Shown: one piece after another, positions 48,126-59,321 of the stretch
Layout: every line of letters starts with the position of its first letter
Position numbering within the stretch: the stretch's first letter is position 1
Source: Candidatus Minusculum obligatum
GTDB lineage: Bacteria > Patescibacteriota > Minisyncoccia > Phycocordibacterales > Phycocordibacteraceae
Direction: 5' to 3'
Assembly: GCA_045401155.1 (NCBI GenBank)
Contig: CP174360.1
Location: forward strand, 513,490 to 577,489
Length of the DNA: 64,000 nt
Notes under the pieces: generated by a model
Told to the model about the DNA's origin: nothing
The model's input: the letters and a program-made list of their open reading frames with translations, nothing else
The model's database searches: none
Made by a program: the position numbers and the translations under genes

Positions 48126-48172
48126 AAAACCCCCGGCAAGACACCATGTCTTGCCGGGGGTTTCTCATTTTT
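48126..48172. terminator. Bidirectional rho-independent terminator
   Basis: cccccggcaagaca-ccatg-tcttgccggggg, a 14-bp hairpin + TTTCTCATTTTT. Confidence 0.75.
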
Positions 48173-48184
48173 ATATTGAGAATA

Positions 48185-50135
<1,951 letters not shown>

Positions 50136-50232
50136 ATTTTTACGCTCAAATTACCTATAAATTGTGGACGTAGTATAAAGAAACGAAATATCTCTTGCAA
50201 ACAGATAATCTCATGGTATCTTTCTAGTAACG

Positions 50233-50463
50233 ATGGAAGCAGTAGCTAATATCCTGCCATACGCGCAGATCATTCTCTCTATCCTTCTTATTGTGAGCAT
50301 TTTGCTACAACAGCGAGGTGCAAGCATTGGAGGGGCTTTTGGTACAGATAATTTTTCTTCTACCTTCTACAAGCGACGAGGAATTGAGAAAGTGCTATTC
50401 CAAGCGACAATTGGTATCGCTATTCTTTTCGTATTATCAGCAATTCTTGCACTTGTTATCTAA
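50233..50463 (+). CDS. secG: Preprotein translocase subunit SecG
   Basis: Two TM helices with the LLQQRGASIGGAFGTDN...FYKRRGIE loop typical of SecG. Confidence 0.7.
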   Translation: MEAVANILPYAQIILSILLIVSILLQQRGASIGGAFGTDNFSSTFYKRRGIEKVLFQATIGIAILFVLSAILALVI

Positions 50464-50468
50464 GCAAC

Positions 50469-52178
50469 ATGGAAACGCGACCCCTTCGCGACACACTTAA
50501 CAAAAGCTTCTCCCTTCCCCTAGCAAATAAAGCAACTCAGGTTATTCGTTCGCTTTCTCCCGGGGACAAGGTGATTTTTACAATACTTGCAGTACTTATG
50601 AGTATTGGTGCACTTTTTGCACTTACTGACCTTAAGGATCAGATTGTGGAAGAAGTTCCAGCACACGGCGGAACACTAACTGAAGGGGTTGTAGGATCTC
50701 CACGATTCGTAAACCCACTTCTTGCACTCTCTGATACAGACCGTGATCTTGTAGAACTTACCTTCGCAGGACTTATGGGAGTAGACGAGAAAGGAAATCT
50801 TGTTCCTGAGCTAGCTGAAAGCTATGAGATATCAGAAGACGGGAAGATTTACACATTTACTCTTAAAGAAGGAGTAATATTCCACGATGGAGAGCCTGTA
50901 ACCGCAGAGGATATTGCCTTTACTGTATCTAAGGTGCAGGACCCTCTTATTAAGAGTCCAAAGATTGCTAACTGGCTTGGCGTGCAAACTGAAGTGGAGG
51001 ATGATCGAACTATTTCATTTATCCTTTCAGATCCATACGCGCCATTTCTTGAGAACGCGACACTTGGCATTCTTCCAAAACACATCTGGGCAGATGTCCC
51101 AAGTGAAGAATTTCCTTTCTCTCAATTTGTAGTTGAACCAATTGGCGCAGGTCCATACAAAGTGACGAACGTGAAGCGAGATAGCTCTGGAATCTTGAAA
51201 GAATACAACCTCCGATCATTTAGTGATTACGCACTTGGGAAACCCTATATCAATGCAATTACTATAAAGTTCTATGGAAACGAAAGTGCACTGCAAAAGG
51301 CACTTACTCGTGGAGAGGTAGAGAGCGCCCACTCCCTTATCCCTGAGAATATTGGAGATAGTTTCCAAGTAGTCAAAGGAGCGTACTTGCGAGTATTTGG
51401 AGTATTCTTAAACCAAAACGAAAATGAGGTGCTTGCTGACAAGGAAGTGCGACAGGCCCTCTTCACCTCTGTTGATAGACAAATGATTATTGATGAGGTA
51501 CTTTCTGGGTACGGAACGGCACTCACCTCTCCACTTCCAGGTGTTGCAGATGATCTTCCAGAAGATCCAACAGCAGAGGCAATCCAAATCCTTGAGAATG
51601 ATGGATGGGAGTTTAGTGTCGAAAATCGTGTTTGGGAAAAAGGAAATGATGTAATTCGCATCACCCTTAGAACCAGTAACGTGCCTGAACTTGCGCAGAC
51701 CGCGCAGATCATAAAACAAAACTTTGAGGCAATTGGCGTGCCTACAAGCCTTGAGTTATATGATACGGGTGAGCTGAGCCAGGGAGTAATTCGTCCAAGA
51801 AATTATCAAGGACTACTCTTTGGTATGGTGCTAGGTCGGGTTCCAGATCTATACGCATTTTGGCATTCAAGCCAGCGTAATGATCCGGGTCTTAACGTGG
51901 CACTATATGCGAACGTAGATGCAGATGATGCACTTGAACGTTTGCGTGAGACACAAAATGCAGAAGATCGCGAGGAGTATCTTGAGCAGTTCCTAACTGA
52001 GGTTGCTGCTGACATTCCTGCAATCTTCACACATGCACCAGAACTTACATACTTTATGCCAAAGGATGTGAAGGGTGTGTCATTGCCGCCACTTACTACT
52101 GCAAGTGACCGCTTCTCTAGCGTACACACGTGGTATCGAGAGACTGAAAAGGTTTGGCCATTTTTAGTACAACAGTAA
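50469..52178 (+). CDS. ABC-type substrate-binding protein family 5 (oligopeptide/nickel-like), membrane-anchored
   Basis: N-terminal TM anchor and SBP_bac_5-like blocks; no adjacent permease genes. Confidence 0.55.
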   Translation: METRPLRDTLNKSFSLPLANKATQVIRSLSPGDKVIFTILAVLMSIGALFALTDLKDQIVEEVPAHGGTLTEGVVGSPRFVNPLLALSDTDRDLVELTFAGLMGVDEKGNLVPELAESYEISEDGKIYTFTLKEGVIFHDGEPVTAEDIAFTVSKVQDPLIKSPKIANWLGVQTEVEDDRTISFILSDPYAPFLENATLGILPKHIWADVPSEEFPFSQFVVEPIGAGPYKVTNVKRDSSGILKEYNLRSFSDYALGKPYINAITIKFYGNESALQKALTRGEVESAHSLIPENIGDSFQVVKGAYLRVFGVFLNQNENEVLADKEVRQALFTSVDRQMIIDEVLSGYGTALTSPLPGVADDLPEDPTAEAIQILENDGWEFSVENRVWEKGNDVIRITLRTSNVPELAQTAQIIKQNFEAIGVPTSLELYDTGELSQGVIRPRNYQGLLFGMVLGRVPDLYAFWHSSQRNDPGLNVALYANVDADDALERLRETQNAEDREEYLEQFLTEVAADIPAIFTHAPELTYFMPKDVKGVSLPPLTTASDRFSSVHTWYRETEKVWPFLVQQ

Positions 52179-52188
52179 TTAGAAATAT

Positions 52189-54039
52189 ATGAACGATAAT
52201 AGAAAACCAAATACACGAGGACGACGTCCTCATGGTAAGCGACGGGAAGCTCCTGACCTTACTGGAAACAAGACAGTTCGCAGCAAGCGAAATGCACGCA
52301 TGGACATGCGTCGAAATGCTCCTCCAATTCCACGGCGAGCACCAGATTATTTCCCTGAATTACCTGGGAAAGATGTGGCCCGAATTATTCCTCTTGGAGG
52401 AGTAGAGGAAGTGGGACGAAACTGTACCGTAGTAGATATCAACGGAGACATTTTCATTATGGACGTAGGATTCCAGTTTGTTTCAGAAGATGGAGCCCCT
52501 GGAATTGACTATGTGCTGCCAAACACAAAATATCTTGAAAAAAACATTGACCGTATTAAGGGTGTGATTATCACTCACGGTCACCTTGACCACATTGGGG
52601 GAATTCCATTCATCATGGGACGAATTGGAAACCCAACCATTTACACACAGAACCTAACATCTGTGATGATCAAGAAGCGACAAGAGGAATATCCTGATGC
52701 GCCAAAACTTGATATACAAGAGGTAAAGGTTGGAGATCGAATTAAAGTTGGAAATACTTTCATTAAATTCTTCCCCGTAACACACTCTATTCCGGACTCA
52801 ATGGGAGTATCACTTGAGACACCACATGGAAACATTGTGATCTCAGGAGACCTTAAGCTTGAGCACGAGGATGGAAAGCCAAGTGATAAAGAAGAGAAGA
52901 TTTGGGGAAAGCTCTCAGAAGATAAAAACATCTTCTTTATGGGAGACTCTACAAATGCTGAGCGTGATGGATTCTCAATGCCTGAAACAAAGGTGCATCA
53001 AACTATTGAGGACATTATTAAGACCGTAAAAGGACGACTTATCATCGGAACCTTCGCGTCTCAGTTTGAGCGAATGGTGAAAATTCTTGAAATGGCTGAA
53101 AAGCTTGGAAAGAAAGTGGTACTTGAAGGACGAAGTATTAAAACAAACGTAGAGATCGCAAACCAAGTAGGACTTCTGAACATTGCGAAGAACGTGATCA
53201 TCCCATCTGGAGATATTGATAAGTATCCACCAGATAAAATCATTATCGTCGCTACGGGAGCCCAGGGAGAGGAGTTTGCCGCCCTTATGCGTATTGCTAC
53301 AAACAAGCATAAGTTTGTAAAACTTACACCACGAGACACTATTGTCTTCTCTTCATCTGTGATTCCAGGAAACGAAGTTTCTGTACAGAAACTAAAAGAC
53401 AATCTGTACCGACACGACATTACCCTGCTGCACTATAGAACAAGTGACGTGCACTCAACCGGACACGGTAATACGGGAGAGCTCGTGTGGATTAATAAGA
53501 AAGTAAACCCTACATTCTTCATGCCGGGGTACGGATACCACACCATGCTTCGATGTCATGCTCGAGCTGTAGAGCAATCTGGATTCCCTAAGGAGAACAT
53601 TATTATCCCTGATAATGGAACAATCATTGATATCCATGAAGGAAAGAAACTACAGATCCACAAGGAAAAAGTTCCAGCAGCGCCGCTACTTGTAGATGGT
53701 ATTGCAATTGGAGACATGCAGGAAGTTGTGATCCGAGATCGACAGATGCTTGCAAAGGATGGAATCTTCGTAGTGATCGCAACAGTACAACTTAAAACTG
53801 GGAAACTACGAAAGTCTCCTGACATTATTTCTCGAGGATTTGTATACATTCGAGAGAATCAAGAAATGTTCCAACAGGCCCGCATCCTCATCAAGAAGAG
53901 TGTTGAGGACACCACAAGAAACATGCATCCAATAGATCTTGATCTTGTGAAAAAAGAGCTTACAGAAACACTTGAAAGCTATCTATTCCAAAAAACGAAC
54001 AAAACACCTATCGTTATCCCCGTTCTAATCGGTGTGTAG
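52189..54039 (+). CDS. rnj: Ribonuclease J (beta-CASP metallo-beta-lactamase RNase) with basic N-terminal extension
   Basis: VIITHGHLDHIGG (HxHxDH), beta-CASP motifs and C-terminal domain; the first ~45 aa are Arg/Lys-rich. Confidence 0.85.
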   Translation: MNDNRKPNTRGRRPHGKRREAPDLTGNKTVRSKRNARMDMRRNAPPIPRRAPDYFPELPGKDVARIIPLGGVEEVGRNCTVVDINGDIFIMDVGFQFVSEDGAPGIDYVLPNTKYLEKNIDRIKGVIITHGHLDHIGGIPFIMGRIGNPTIYTQNLTSVMIKKRQEEYPDAPKLDIQEVKVGDRIKVGNTFIKFFPVTHSIPDSMGVSLETPHGNIVISGDLKLEHEDGKPSDKEEKIWGKLSEDKNIFFMGDSTNAERDGFSMPETKVHQTIEDIIKTVKGRLIIGTFASQFERMVKILEMAEKLGKKVVLEGRSIKTNVEIANQVGLLNIAKNVIIPSGDIDKYPPDKIIIVATGAQGEEFAALMRIATNKHKFVKLTPRDTIVFSSSVIPGNEVSVQKLKDNLYRHDITLLHYRTSDVHSTGHGNTGELVWINKKVNPTFFMPGYGYHTMLRCHARAVEQSGFPKENIIIPDNGTIIDIHEGKKLQIHKEKVPAAPLLVDGIAIGDMQEVVIRDRQMLAKDGIFVVIATVQLKTGKLRKSPDIISRGFVYIRENQEMFQQARILIKKSVEDTTRNMHPIDLDLVKKELTETLESYLFQKTNKTPIVIPVLIGV

Positions 54040-54088
54040 TAAAAATCCCCACTTCGGTGGGGATTTTTAGTGATACTATAGTCGGTAA

Positions 54089-55246
54089 ATGGATGCTCAA
54101 GCAAAAGGTATTACAATCACCAACTTTTTTGGTGCACTTCACTATTTCCTTACGGTCTATATCACAGCGCCGTATCTTGCCCAGTTCGTAAGTGAAGCGA
54201 TGGTGGGACTTATTTTCTCTGCAGGAGCACTTCTCTCTCTTGCAGGATTTCTTCTGATTCCAAAACTACTAAAGCTCACGACACTTAAACGGCTTGCCCA
54301 GATCATAAGCTTAGTACAACTTGGCGTGCTTGTGGGGCTTGCGGTGCAACCACCTCTTCCCTTGATACTGATATTTGTTGCAATGCTTACTGCACTTCCA
54401 GCACTTATTGGATATGCATTTGATATCTTTCTTGAACAAGCCACAAAAGATGAAGGCAGTACCGGAAATATACGGGGACTTTTTATTACCGTTGGAAATG
54501 TTGCGCTCGTGATATCACCTCTCGCAATTGGATATATCCTTGGAGACACGAATCTTTATGAGCGCATCTTTGCACTTGCCGCTGCAACACTTGTGCCCTT
54601 TACTCTACTTCTTGCAACGCTTATAAAAAACCCAAAACCAAAAGACGTGGGAGCACTGTCTCTTAGGAGCACACTAAAGTGCCTAATGCATTCAAAAGAT
54701 GTAATGCTTGGAGCTGCTGCACATTTCACCATGCTCCTATTCTTTTCTTGGGTATCAATTTATATCCCCCTGTACCTACACACCGAACTTGGTATCGCAT
54801 GGGAAAGTCTCGGGTGGGTATTTAGCATCATGCTTCTTCCATATGTGTTCCTTGAGTACCCTATTGGTGTTATCGCAGATAGGTGGTTTGGAGAGCGTGA
54901 GCTTATGATGCTTGGATTTGGCGTTATGGGAATAACCATGGCGGCTATAAGCTTTATTACATCTCCACTTGTTTCCCTTTTCCTTATTGTGGTACTTGTT
55001 GGAACCCGTGTAGGAGGCGCCATAACTGAAATTACGACAGAGACGTATTTCTTTAAACATGTTGATGGAAACGACATAAATTCAATTAGTCTCTTTAGAA
55101 CACTTCGTCCACTTGGTGCACTTATCGGACCACTTATTGGAAGCTTGGGACTTCTTTTTGTGCCTCTTCAAAGCCTCTTTATGATTCTTGGAGGAATTTG
55201 CCTCATTGGTATTCCGATTGCCTTTTTCCTAAGAGACACGCGCTAG
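54089..55246 (+). CDS. MFS transporter
   Basis: 12 predicted TM helices in a 6+6 arrangement. Confidence 0.6.
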   Translation: MDAQAKGITITNFFGALHYFLTVYITAPYLAQFVSEAMVGLIFSAGALLSLAGFLLIPKLLKLTTLKRLAQIISLVQLGVLVGLAVQPPLPLILIFVAMLTALPALIGYAFDIFLEQATKDEGSTGNIRGLFITVGNVALVISPLAIGYILGDTNLYERIFALAAATLVPFTLLLATLIKNPKPKDVGALSLRSTLKCLMHSKDVMLGAAAHFTMLLFFSWVSIYIPLYLHTELGIAWESLGWVFSIMLLPYVFLEYPIGVIADRWFGERELMMLGFGVMGITMAAISFITSPLVSLFLIVVLVGTRVGGAITEITTETYFFKHVDGNDINSISLFRTLRPLGALIGPLIGSLGLLFVPLQSLFMILGGICLIGIPIAFFLRDTR

Positions 55247-56025
55247 GTAGCAAGTGCCAAACCACGACCCTTTTTTACAACCATCCCTTCTTTTTTTAAT
55301 TTTTCTACTTGAGCCATCATGCGCTCCTTTTCATATGAGAGGTCTTTGATCTTCCCACCTTTAGAAAGAACCCTTACGATCGCGCCACGTATTTCTCTAT
55401 CTGAACCCTTAAACTTTGATTGCTTTACGTAATGCTTACTCTTGCTGTTTACCTGAACACCTTGCTGCTTAAGATATGAACCATGGTCCATAAGCGCCCA
55501 ATACCACTCTCTGGGATTATTTTTATCAAGCGTTTCTTCTACAATCTTTAAAATCTCTTTGTCTGTCACGTCTTTTTTGTCTTCAAAAAAATAGTGCGTA
55601 TACACCGTACGTATATTTGTCTCTATACACGGAATCGCCTTATTAAAAGCAAACGCTTGTATTGCAGCTTCAGTATACGGACCAATACCAGAAATTTTTT
55701 GTAAATCATTTTTTGGAAAAATTCCTTTATATTCTTTTTCTATATACTTAGCACCCTCATGCAGTAATTTCGCACGGCGATTGTACCCAAGACCCTGCCA
55801 CGTTATAAGCACGTCTTTAAGTGGCGCCTTTGCGAGAGCGTTAATGGTTGGAAACTTTTTTAAAAACTCTTTATATTTTGGAATAACTCGAGATACCTGT
55901 GTCTGCTGAAGCATAACTTCCGATACCCATATCCTATATGGGTTTTTTGTCCTCCTCCACGGCAAATCTCTTCCTTCTTTTTTATAAAAAGAATAGATTT
56001 TCTTTTTAAACGTCTTCTGCTCCAT
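55243..56025 (-). CDS. MutY-family A/G-specific adenine glycosylase-like HhH-GPD protein lacking the 4Fe-4S cysteine motif
   Basis: LPWRRTKNPYRIWVSEVMLQQTQV (MutY N-terminal signature) and an HhH-GPD core; no C-x6-C-x2-C-x5-C cluster. Start ambiguous (M1 at 56064 or M14 at 56025), overlapping pspC. Confidence 0.6.
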   Translation of the reverse strand: MEQKTFKKKIYSFYKKEGRDLPWRRTKNPYRIWVSEVMLQQTQVSRVIPKYKEFLKKFPTINALAKAPLKDVLITWQGLGYNRRAKLLHEGAKYIEKEYKGIFPKNDLQKISGIGPYTEAAIQAFAFNKAIPCIETNIRTVYTHYFFEDKKDVTDKEILKIVEETLDKNNPREWYWALMDHGSYLKQQGVQVNSKSKHYVKQSKFKGSDREIRGAIVRVLSKGGKIKDLSYEKERMMAQVEKLKKEGMVVKKGRGLALAT

Positions 56026-56212
56026 CAGCCTCTGGCACAATAAACAAACCAAGAACGTAGGCAATCATTCCTGGGAAAATACCTGTAAACAAAGTCATTA
56101 CGACATACCCAAATCGAAACACTACCGGATCAATGTCTACATACTCCCCAATACCACCAAAAATTCCTGCGAACACCTTATTCTTTTTACTTCTTCGTAG
56201 ATACTTTTTCAT
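56006..56212 (-). CDS. PspC-domain protein
   Basis: KVFAGIFGGIGEYVDIDPVVFRFGYVV PspC-domain signature followed by a TM helix. Confidence 0.7.
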   Translation of the reverse strand: MKKYLRRSKKNKVFAGIFGGIGEYVDIDPVVFRFGYVVMTLFTGIFPGMIAYVLGLFIVPEADGAEDV

Positions 56213-56235
56213 TGCAGGTACTATAGCACAAACAA

Positions 56236-56481
56236 AAAGCCGCTGAGAAACTCAGCGGCAACGAGTGGATCCAGGGACCTTACTTTCCTGAAGTAGGTAC
56301 CAGCTCGTGAACTGCGCATCGACACGAGATACTAGGCGCTCTGGGACGAGGGTTCTATCAGGACATTCAAGTTATCCGACCCCGAAAGGTCAGAACGAGA
56401 TAGTCGCAACAAGATACCCCACGATCACCGTTAAGGAACGTTCCCAATCGGGTCCCCGTGGATTTGGGTGCCCCGGATCCA
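56236..56481 (-). ncRNA. Unclassified GC-rich structured-RNA candidate (~245 nt) with paired 5'/3' ends and terminator
   Basis: GC-rich ORF-free block between pspC and the nth-like gene. On the minus strand there is a TTGACA-17-TATTTT promoter (56488-56515). The RNA starts near GGAUCCGGGGCACCC, which pairs with the 3' GGUCCCUGGAUCC, and contains internal hairpins (GGAACGUUCC; GACCU-UUCG-GGGUC). A terminator gccgctgag-ttt-ctcagcggc + U-run lies at 56239-56259. Confidence 0.5.
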
Positions 56482-56511
56482 AAAAGAAAATACTCAATTT
56501 CTAAAGTGCTG

Positions 56512-57180
56512 TCAACCTTTGTGCCACCCAACCGCCGCTTCAGGATATATCTTTATGAGCGGATCCTCTGAGGTATCGTACCTCCTTGCAGGAGCAATGT
56601 TTCTCCCATACTCAATAGCAAGATACGTAAAATTAAACCAATCTTTTTTAGGAATCACTTCCATCAAATCTTTTTCTATTTTTTCTGGAGTCGTATGATC
56701 TGTGAGATCAAATCGTATTGCAAAGCGCTTCACATGCGTATCTACTGCAATCCCCTCTACAATCCCATATGCATTCCCCAATACAACATTTGCGGTCTTC
56801 CTCCCCACTCCAGGGATCGTAATCATTTCCTCAATAGTTTTTGGAATTTTTCCATCAAAATCCTCCTTTACAACCTTTGCAGCGGCAAGAATATTTTTTG
56901 CTTTGTTTTTATAAAACCCTGTTGATTTAATATCTTGCTCAAACTCTTTAAGATCTGCTCGAACGTAATCATCTAATTTCTTATACTTCTTAAAAAGCTT
57001 CTCGGTAACCTTATTTACCATCTTGTCTGTACATTGTGCAGAGAGCGCAACCGCAACCACAAGTTCCCAGTTATTAGAATACTTTAAAATCATCCCTGCC
57101 TCAGGAAAAATGCTTTTTAGTTTTTTAATTAGGTTTTTTGCTCGAACCTTTCTCTCCTCCATAGTATTACTGTAGTTCAT
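56512..57180 (-). CDS. Endonuclease III-like HhH-GPD glycosylase lacking the 4Fe-4S cysteine motif
   Basis: HhH motif (ITIPGVGRKTANVVL), catalytic Lys/Asp region (VDTHVKR); C-terminus has no Cys cluster. Confidence 0.65.
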   Translation of the reverse strand: MNYSNTMEERKVRAKNLIKKLKSIFPEAGMILKYSNNWELVVAVALSAQCTDKMVNKVTEKLFKKYKKLDDYVRADLKEFEQDIKSTGFYKNKAKNILAAAKVVKEDFDGKIPKTIEEMITIPGVGRKTANVVLGNAYGIVEGIAVDTHVKRFAIRFDLTDHTTPEKIEKDLMEVIPKKDWFNFTYLAIEYGRNIAPARRYDTSEDPLIKIYPEAAVGWHKG

Positions 57181-57631
57181 CTAGATCCTTCAAAACCTCC
57201 TCTGCGTGCAGCTTTGGCTTTACATTTTCATACACTTTCATAATCTTTCCTTCTGGATTAATTAAGAAAGAATTTCTAAAAACTCCTTGATATACTCTTC
57301 CCATAAACTTCTTTTCACCCCAAACCTTGTAGGCATCAATTATTTTTCTATCCTCATCTACTAAAAGTGGGAACGAAAGATCAAACTTTTCTGCAAACTT
57401 CTTATGACTCTCTAATGAATCCGGAGATACTCCAAGAACCACTGTATTTCTTTTTTCAAAATCTTTCTTATACTCTTCAAAAACCTGCCCCTCTACTGTA
57501 CACCCGGGAGTATTATCTTTTGGGTAAAAATATAAAAGCACCCAACCACCTCTGTAATCTTCTAGACTGTGCTCCTTTTCGTTTTGGTCTATTGCCGTAA
57601 ACTTTGGCGCTTTTTTATGCAGCAGATCCAT
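57167..57631 (-). CDS. Thiol peroxidase / peroxiredoxin (Bcp-like, AhpC/TSA family)
   Basis: Start at MDLLHKKAPKF. FTAIDQNEKEHSL...PKDNTPGCTVEGQ peroxidatic Cys motif. Confidence 0.8.
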   Translation of the reverse strand: MDLLHKKAPKFTAIDQNEKEHSLEDYRGGWVLLYFYPKDNTPGCTVEGQVFEEYKKDFEKRNTVVLGVSPDSLESHKKFAEKFDLSFPLLVDEDRKIIDAYKVWGEKKFMGRVYQGVFRNSFLINPEGKIMKVYENVKPKLHAEEVLKDLDELQ

Positions 57632-58337
57632 TTTCTTGTTTTTCTTTTGCCTCCTCAAGCCTCTTTTCTTCTTTTTTAACAACTTTTTCTGCAACCTTGC
57701 GCTTTGTATAAAGGTTCATAAGCGCAAAGATAAGCATGCTTGAAAATACAATTCCTAGAACATTTACAAGATATAGCGTAAATGCACCTGAAATAACTTT
57801 GATATCAAGATTTGCAAGCCCAACTCCAATAGTTGCAAGCGGTGGAATAAGCGCCACCGAAACTGCAATCCCCGGAAGCGTAGCTGAGAGTGCTGGCTGC
57901 GCTAGTGAATACGAAACAGCAAGGCCTGCAACGATTGCAACACCGACATAAATAAGAGATGGCTCTGTGCGAAGCAGAATCTCATCTGTAAGCGGCGCAA
58001 ATGGAGAAAATATCAGAGTTGCAAGTGCTGCTGTAGCAACGGCCGCGGCAGACGCTTGCAAAAACGTCATGATCGAACGAGCAATAAGCGGACCATCAGA
58101 CATAATGATAGATAGCGAAATAGAAAGAATTGGAAACAGAATTGGAGCCAAAAGCATTGATCCAATTACAACTGCTGGGTTATTTGCAACAAGACCAAGT
58201 GTGGCCATAAGCACTGAAAGTACAATGAAAAAGAAGAAATCAAAGTCTCCTGTGCTCTCTCGAATCAAAAGATCAACCGCTTTGGTCTTGTCTGAATCGT
58301 TAATCGTCCGCAGGTGTGCAATAAAGTTAAATACCAT
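57615..58337 (-). CDS. DUF389-family polytopic membrane protein
   Basis: Repeated hydrophobic segments with the DUF389/TIGR00341-like pattern (LLAPILFPIL...PLATIGVGLAN). Confidence 0.45.
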   Translation of the reverse strand: MVFNFIAHLRTINDSDKTKAVDLLIRESTGDFDFFFFIVLSVLMATLGLVANNPAVVIGSMLLAPILFPILSISLSIIMSDGPLIARSIMTFLQASAAAVATAALATLIFSPFAPLTDEILLRTEPSLIYVGVAIVAGLAVSYSLAQPALSATLPGIAVSVALIPPLATIGVGLANLDIKVISGAFTLYLVNVLGIVFSSMLIFALMNLYTKRKVAEKVVKKEEKRLEEAKEKQENGSAA

Positions 58338-58357
58338 ATGTGTAGACTATAGCATTT

Positions 58358-58834
58358 TTACCCTTCCTCTCTTCGCATCATTGGTGGAATAAGATCTGTA
58401 TATCGAGGCGCTTCCTTTGGAATTCTAATGATAAGCAACGCAACAATAATAAGAAGTGTTGCCAGAATTGCTGAAAGCATGCAGTACATGCACACCGCAC
58501 CAATTACAAAGAACTGTAGGTAGACGAAATACAGGGACGCGAGAAATCCAATTGATGCTCCCAGGGTAAATAGTTGAGATAACATGCGCACGCGCACCAT
58601 AAGCATAGTTGCCGCCAACACAAACATTCCAAAATAGAAAAGTACACCCCACGATGCAAGTGGCACCCCAAGCACAATTGAGTACGGACTTGCTGCAACA
58701 GCGTTACATCCATTTAAAATACTGCAGTTAAGAGGCTCTCCTGATACGTGCGACTGCACAAGGTAAAAAGAATTTGTTAGTCCGATAAAAGAAAGAATTA
58801 CTCCTGCCCACACCAATCCAATATATTTTTTCAT
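58358..58834 (-). CDS. Vitamin K epoxide reductase (VKOR) family protein
   Basis: Start at MKKYIGL. Four TM helices, loop Cys pair (CSILNGC) and an active-site CMYC (CxxC) in the last TM. Confidence 0.7.
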   Translation of the reverse strand: MKKYIGLVWAGVILSFIGLTNSFYLVQSHVSGEPLNCSILNGCNAVAASPYSIVLGVPLASWGVLFYFGMFVLAATMLMVRVRMLSQLFTLGASIGFLASLYFVYLQFFVIGAVCMYCMLSAILATLLIIVALLIIRIPKEAPRYTDLIPPMMRREEG

Positions 58835-58856
58835 ATCTAATATCCTATAGAATTTC

Positions 58857-59087
58857 TTACAGTTTCTCAAATCGAGGAGATCCCTCATGCAGCTCCAAAA
58901 ATCGATCTATACTCTGTACCCAAACAAGATCTTTATTAGCAACATCTTGATACACCACAACTTCCTCAAGCTCATCTTTTTCAGATGACCGCCCCACAAA
59001 AAGCACATCGTACTCATTTCCCTTGTAGTGGCGATACCTCCCAAGCTCTAGGGTTTTTGCCTTTTCTGAGTATTCAAGATCCGCCAT
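58857..59087 (-). CDS. DUF1653-family protein
   Basis: Start at MADLEY. GRYRHYKGNEYDVLFVGRSSEKDELEEVVVYQDV matches the DUF1653 signature. Confidence 0.6.
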   Translation of the reverse strand: MADLEYSEKAKTLELGRYRHYKGNEYDVLFVGRSSEKDELEEVVVYQDVANKDLVWVQSIDRFLELHEGSPRFEKL

Positions 59088-59088
59088 A

Positions 59089-59280
59089 TTATTCTCCCTT
59101 CTTCCAATTTCTAATAACAAGACGCTTTCTCTTCTCATCCACTTCGACAACAAGCTTTTGTCGATCCTTCCATTTAAATTTTCTAACTGCCTCAATCGGC
59201 ATTGTTACGCTGTAGCTTGCACCTCCTGCAATCTTAGTGAGCGCACGCACATGCCGTTTTTCTAGATCTTTTCCTACCAT
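59089..59280 (-). CDS. AbrB/MazE/SpoVT-family swapped-hairpin DNA-binding protein
   Basis: ALTKIAGGASYSVTMPIEAVRKF resembles the AbrB-N / MazE motif (GGSLxVTIPKEI); 63 aa. Confidence 0.5.
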   Translation of the reverse strand: MVGKDLEKRHVRALTKIAGGASYSVTMPIEAVRKFKWKDRQKLVVEVDEKRKRLVIRNWKKGE

Positions 59281-59321
59281 ACAGGAGAGAGTATAGCATA
59301 TTTAACTACGTAGTTTAAACC

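Noticed and set aside
50136-50232. CIRCE/HrcA operator upstream of groES
   Set aside because: No TTAGCACTC-N9-GAGTGCTAA-like inverted repeat on either strand; only sigma70-like hexamers.
56307-56504. Plus-strand 65-aa ORF
   Set aside because: Arg/Gly-rich translation of a GC-rich structured-RNA candidate; no RBS.
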